Below are positions 46,018 to 49,186 of a DNA stretch of 49,186 nucleotides, piece by piece. The stretch comes from a virus (lineage: Duplodnaviria > Caudoviricetes): positions 1 through 49,186 of IMG/VR virus record IMGVR_UViG_3300025875_000044; one strand, written 5' to 3'. The position numbers and the translations under genes were made by a program. The notes beneath the pieces are model-generated. The model saw only the letters and a list, made by a program, of their open reading frames with translations, was not told the origin of the DNA and searched no databases. Every line of letters starts with the position of its first letter. The first letter of the stretch is position 1.

Positions 46018-46063
46018 TTGACACGGAGCGTTGCTGCGGATAACGTGGTCCTCGTCAGGAACG
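46018..46063 (+). promoter_or_regulatory. Sigma70-type promoter
   Basis: TTGACA-N17-TAACGT...GTCAGGAACG. Confidence 0.75.
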
Positions 46064-46088
46064 CTGGAAGCACAGGAAGGAACGCATC

Positions 46089-47036
46089 ATGGCCCACGAG
46101 GTCGAATCACTCTTCTCCGCCCGTGAGGTGCCCTGGCACCGCATCGGTGTCGTCACCCCCGACGTCCTGAAGGCGTCCGAGGCGATCGTCGCCGCCGGGC
46201 TGGACTGGACGGTCGACAAGTACCCGATCTACGACAAGCAGACCGAGTTCGGCGAGAACGGGTTCGAGGACAAGTACGTCGAGATCCCGGATCGGTTCGC
46301 GCTCAAGCGTTCGATCGACCAGCAGCTGATGTCGATCGTCTCAGACAAGTACCGTCCGTTCCAGAACACCAACGCGTTCGAGTTCATGGACGCCCTCACC
46401 GGCACGGCGGACGCCAAGTACGAGACCGCCGGTTCCCTTCGGCATGGACGCGTCGTCTTCGTCTCGCTGCGCATGGAGAACTCCGACTTCACGGTCGCCG
46501 GCGAGGACCTGCACCAGACGTACCTACTGCTGCGTACCACGCACGACGGCAGTGGCCGTATCTCGGTGTACGTCGTTACCGTCCGCGTCGTTTGCATGAA
46601 TACACTTACGTGGGCCATCAACGGTGCTCGTCACTCGTGGGGCGTCACGCACACTGCGGACGTCGCCGGCAAGATCGCTGAGGCTCGCGAGGCACTGGGT
46701 CTGACGGCCCAGTACACCGAGGCGTTCCAGGCCGAGGCCGAGGCGCTGCTGTCGGTGAAGATCACTGACGACGACCTGCAGAAGCTGCTCGACGGCACCC
46801 TGCAGGAGCGGCCCACCAAGGAGGCCGAGATCGAGCTGATCATGGACAACTACCGGAGCAGCGCCACGGTGGCGAACTTCCTCGGTACCGGCTGGGGCGC
46901 CGTGAACGCCGTCAGCGAGTACGAAGAGCACGTGAAGAAGAACGCCTCGGGCGAGGCTCTGTTCTCCCGTCTGCTGGACGGCCGGGACGCCAAGCTCCGT
47001 ACGACTCTCAAGGACCAGCTGCTCGCCAGCGTCTGA
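46089..47036 (+). CDS. DUF932 family protein
   Basis: REVPWH...AGLDWTV...Y.PFQN...YETAGSL..G..VF...THDGSG...RVVCMNTL...HT...GTGWGAVNAVSEY. Confidence 0.92.
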   Translation: MAHEVESLFSAREVPWHRIGVVTPDVLKASEAIVAAGLDWTVDKYPIYDKQTEFGENGFEDKYVEIPDRFALKRSIDQQLMSIVSDKYRPFQNTNAFEFMDALTGTADAKYETAGSLRHGRVVFVSLRMENSDFTVAGEDLHQTYLLLRTTHDGSGRISVYVVTVRVVCMNTLTWAINGARHSWGVTHTADVAGKIAEAREALGLTAQYTEAFQAEAEALLSVKITDDDLQKLLDGTLQERPTKEAEIELIMDNYRSSATVANFLGTGWGAVNAVSEYEEHVKKNASGEALFSRLLDGRDAKLRTTLKDQLLASV

Positions 47037-47051
47037 CCTACCGAGCCGCAT

Positions 47052-47084
47052 CGGCCGCCGGGTGTCTCACAACCCCGGCGGTCG
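47052..47084 (+). terminator. GC-rich hairpin after DUF932
   Basis: CGGCCGCCGGG-loop-CCCGGCGGTCG; no U tract. Confidence 0.45.
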
Positions 47085-47114
47085 TTGCGCGTTCGTCCCC
47101 AGAGAGGAAGGTTC

Positions 47115-47303
47115 ATGAACAAGCGCCCAGCACCATACACACCGGAGCGTGTGCTGCCTGACGGAACGGAGATCGCGCGTCGTCGTAAGGCAGGCGAGAC
47201 ATTCGCCAGCATCGGCGAGCAGTACGGGACCAGCCGCCAGGCCGTGCACAAGGCGTTCACGAAGTGGACACGTGATCAGGAAGAAGAGGAGGTGAAGGCA
47301 TGA
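47115..47303 (+). CDS. HTH DNA-binding protein
   Basis: RKAGETFASIGEQYGTSRQAVHK. Confidence 0.8.
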   Translation: MNKRPAPYTPERVLPDGTEIARRRKAGETFASIGEQYGTSRQAVHKAFTKWTRDQEEEEVKA

Positions 47304-47743
47304 CCAGCACCGAGGAACGCAAGCCGTACGTTGATCCGCACTGCGATGCGGCTGAGAAGGCTGCTGAGCGTTGCGAGTTTGCTCTGACGTACGCGCGCAC
47401 AGAGCCACGCGAGTTGGCGCCTGGGATGATCCTGGGGCCGGACATCGATGACGTGTACCACCCGGGGCAGAAGAGCAGCGGTGAGTGGATGGGCGAGGTG
47501 CCTGACGGCTACCACGATGCTCATCCTGCAGTCCTGCTCACCGAGGATGTGTTCATCGACCACTACGCTGGGATGGCGATCAACGAAGCCGTGCACGAAG
47601 CGCTCGAATGGTTCCGTGTCGACGGGAAGCCCTGGCTCGACCCGCACGGTCCGACGGACTCGGACATCTACGCCGCCGTGGCCGAACTGGTCGAGAAGCT
47701 GACGTCGTTCCGTCATGGACTGCTCGAGCAAGGACCTGCCTGA
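47300..47743 (+). CDS. Hypothetical protein
   Basis: VHEALEWFRVDGKPWLDPH motif. Confidence 0.75.
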   Translation: MTSTEERKPYVDPHCDAAEKAAERCEFALTYARTEPRELAPGMILGPDIDDVYHPGQKSSGEWMGEVPDGYHDAHPAVLLTEDVFIDHYAGMAINEAVHEALEWFRVDGKPWLDPHGPTDSDIYAAVAELVEKLTSFRHGLLEQGPA

Positions 47744-47762
47744 AAGAATCTTGCTCTAGCGG

Positions 47763-47808
47763 TTGACATGCACGAACGCACCGGCTAGGTTCGTTGTTGT
47801 CAGGAACG
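47763..47808 (+). promoter_or_regulatory. Sigma70-type promoter
   Basis: TTGACA-N17-TAGGTT-CGTTGTTGTCAGGAACG. Confidence 0.78.
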
Positions 47809-47834
47809 CACGAATCGCCAGGAAGAGGAATGAA

Positions 47835-48515
47835 ATGCCCGAGATCCGCTCAGTTCCCGTCAAGGCCAGCTCGCTCAAGGTCGGCGACGAACTGCTCGAC
47901 GGCCGCATCGTCGTCTCGGTCGACGTCAAGCAGAAGTGGACCACGGTGTACTTCGAGACGGCGCCGCAGCTCGACACCCGGCACAAGCGCGTCGAGAACG
48001 ACACGGAGTTCCTGGTCAAGCGATCGTTCAAGACGGCCGAGGAGAACGCCGCCGACCAACTGGCCTTCAAGCTGCGCCAGCTGGACGGCAACGAGCAGAG
48101 TGTCAAGAAGCACCTGACCGAGGTGCACGAGCGCATCACCGCGCAGATGGCGTCGGTCGACGAGGTCAGTTCGTCCACGCTGGGCGACCTGCTCGCCGCA
48201 CAGGCGGCGAAGAAGACCTGGGGCCGGATCACGCACGTCGCCAAGATCCAGGCTGACCGAGCCGTCGCCTTCGACGCGGAGACCGGCACCTGGCACGTCC
48301 GCGATGATGCAGAGGTCGCGGCCGAGCATGACGGGTCACCGGCCATGGACCGACTTACCTGCGTTGAGTACATCAAGGAGAAGGTGACACAGGAGCTCAT
48401 CGAGTTCATCAGCTACACCAGCCGCTCCAGCTCGGTGATCTCCAACGCGGCCGAGGACTACGACCGCCAGGCCAAGGCCAACTTCGTCCGCGACATGCGC
48501 TGGCTGTCCTTCTGA
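47835..48515 (+). CDS. Hypothetical protein
   Basis: RBS GAGGA behind a promoter; strong GC3 bias. Confidence 0.8.
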   Translation: MPEIRSVPVKASSLKVGDELLDGRIVVSVDVKQKWTTVYFETAPQLDTRHKRVENDTEFLVKRSFKTAEENAADQLAFKLRQLDGNEQSVKKHLTEVHERITAQMASVDEVSSSTLGDLLAAQAAKKTWGRITHVAKIQADRAVAFDAETGTWHVRDDAEVAAEHDGSPAMDRLTCVEYIKEKVTQELIEFISYTSRSSSVISNAAEDYDRQAKANFVRDMRWLSF

Positions 48516-48646
48516 TGGGCCACCGACGCGGAGACGGTCGAGGCAAGTACGCCCCGACCGGAGTGCGAACACCACCTGGGATCCCCGTCGGGGACTACCC
48601 GCTCGTCACCATCAACCGCACCATTCGTCAGGAAGAGGAACAAGTC

Positions 48647-49141
48647 ATGGCACAGAGCACCGGAACCAGTCGCCCCACCCCGTCCGACATCCGTCCGAGG
48701 CCGATGCAGACGGCCGATGCGGCTCCTGCGGCCAACGACACGGCAGGTGCGATCGCCATCCTCCTGGAGGAACTCGCCGCAGCGTGTGTGCGGATCGACA
48801 AGCTGACCGATCGCGTTGCGGAGCTCGAAGCACGACCCGTGCGCGGCAACGGGCAGGCACGTAAGTACAACCCGGACGCGCTCAGCAGCGGCATCCTCGC
48901 TGTGCTCGAACGGATTGCACCATTCGACATCAAGCTCTCGGCTGCTGCAATCGCTGATGCGCTGGACGACTCGCTGTTCGTGGGTCTGCAGGCTGGAAAG
49001 TCGAGCAATGTCAGTGCACGCCTGCAGACGTTGGTGAAGCACAAGCTGGTGAAGCGCTCGTACACGCCCGGAGCGAGCAGCGGAAACAACGGGCTGCTGT
49101 ACTATGTCGACCCGCCCAAGGTGCCTAAGACCGACGCCTGA
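48647..49141 (+). CDS. Coiled-coil plus winged-HTH protein
   Basis: LTDRVAELE coil; ILAVL...LSAAAIADAL...NVSARLQTLVKHKLVKR. Confidence 0.65.
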   Translation: MAQSTGTSRPTPSDIRPRPMQTADAAPAANDTAGAIAILLEELAAACVRIDKLTDRVAELEARPVRGNGQARKYNPDALSSGILAVLERIAPFDIKLSAAAIADALDDSLFVGLQAGKSSNVSARLQTLVKHKLVKRSYTPGASSGNNGLLYYVDPPKVPKTDA

Positions 49142-49186
49142 TGCACGGCGGGCGGCTGGCAGCCACACAGGGTTCGAGGCGTCGGT

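Noticed and set aside
49141-49186. GGTTCGA near the right edge as a tRNA
   Set aside because: No pairing T stem visible and the sequence is truncated

Overview
This window looks like about 49 kb of a high-GC actinobacterial tailed phage or prophage; no integrase or att site is visible. All assignments come from motifs read by eye, not database searches. Minus strand, 1-21.1 kb: virion and lysis module (major capsid N-terminus, 2H-phosphoesterase/maturation-protease fusion, ADP-ribosyltransferase cassette, 906-aa repeat plus GNAT protein, portal-MuF fusion, large terminase, 1373-aa fibre-like protein with an embedded GH6 cellulase domain, secreted esterase, holin, three peptidases, GT4 glycosyltransferase). 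21.9-34.5 kb: tRNA-Arg(ACG), an Rpf-LysM-peptidase and many small accessory genes, including a GC-rich block of genes that share short repeated DNA/peptide modules. 35-39.6 kb: candidate origin, SF3 helicase, Prim-Pol and an HTH protein. Plus strand, 39.9-49.2 kb: early genes behind repeated sigma70-type promoters (HNH, DUF932, HTH proteins) and a tRNA-like structured RNA with no anticodon arm. Most notable: a probable capsid-packaged effector set (2H-PDE, GNAT, ART), a virion-linked GH6 cellulase next to an esterase, the modular peptide-shuffling gene array and the tRNA-like ncRNA.
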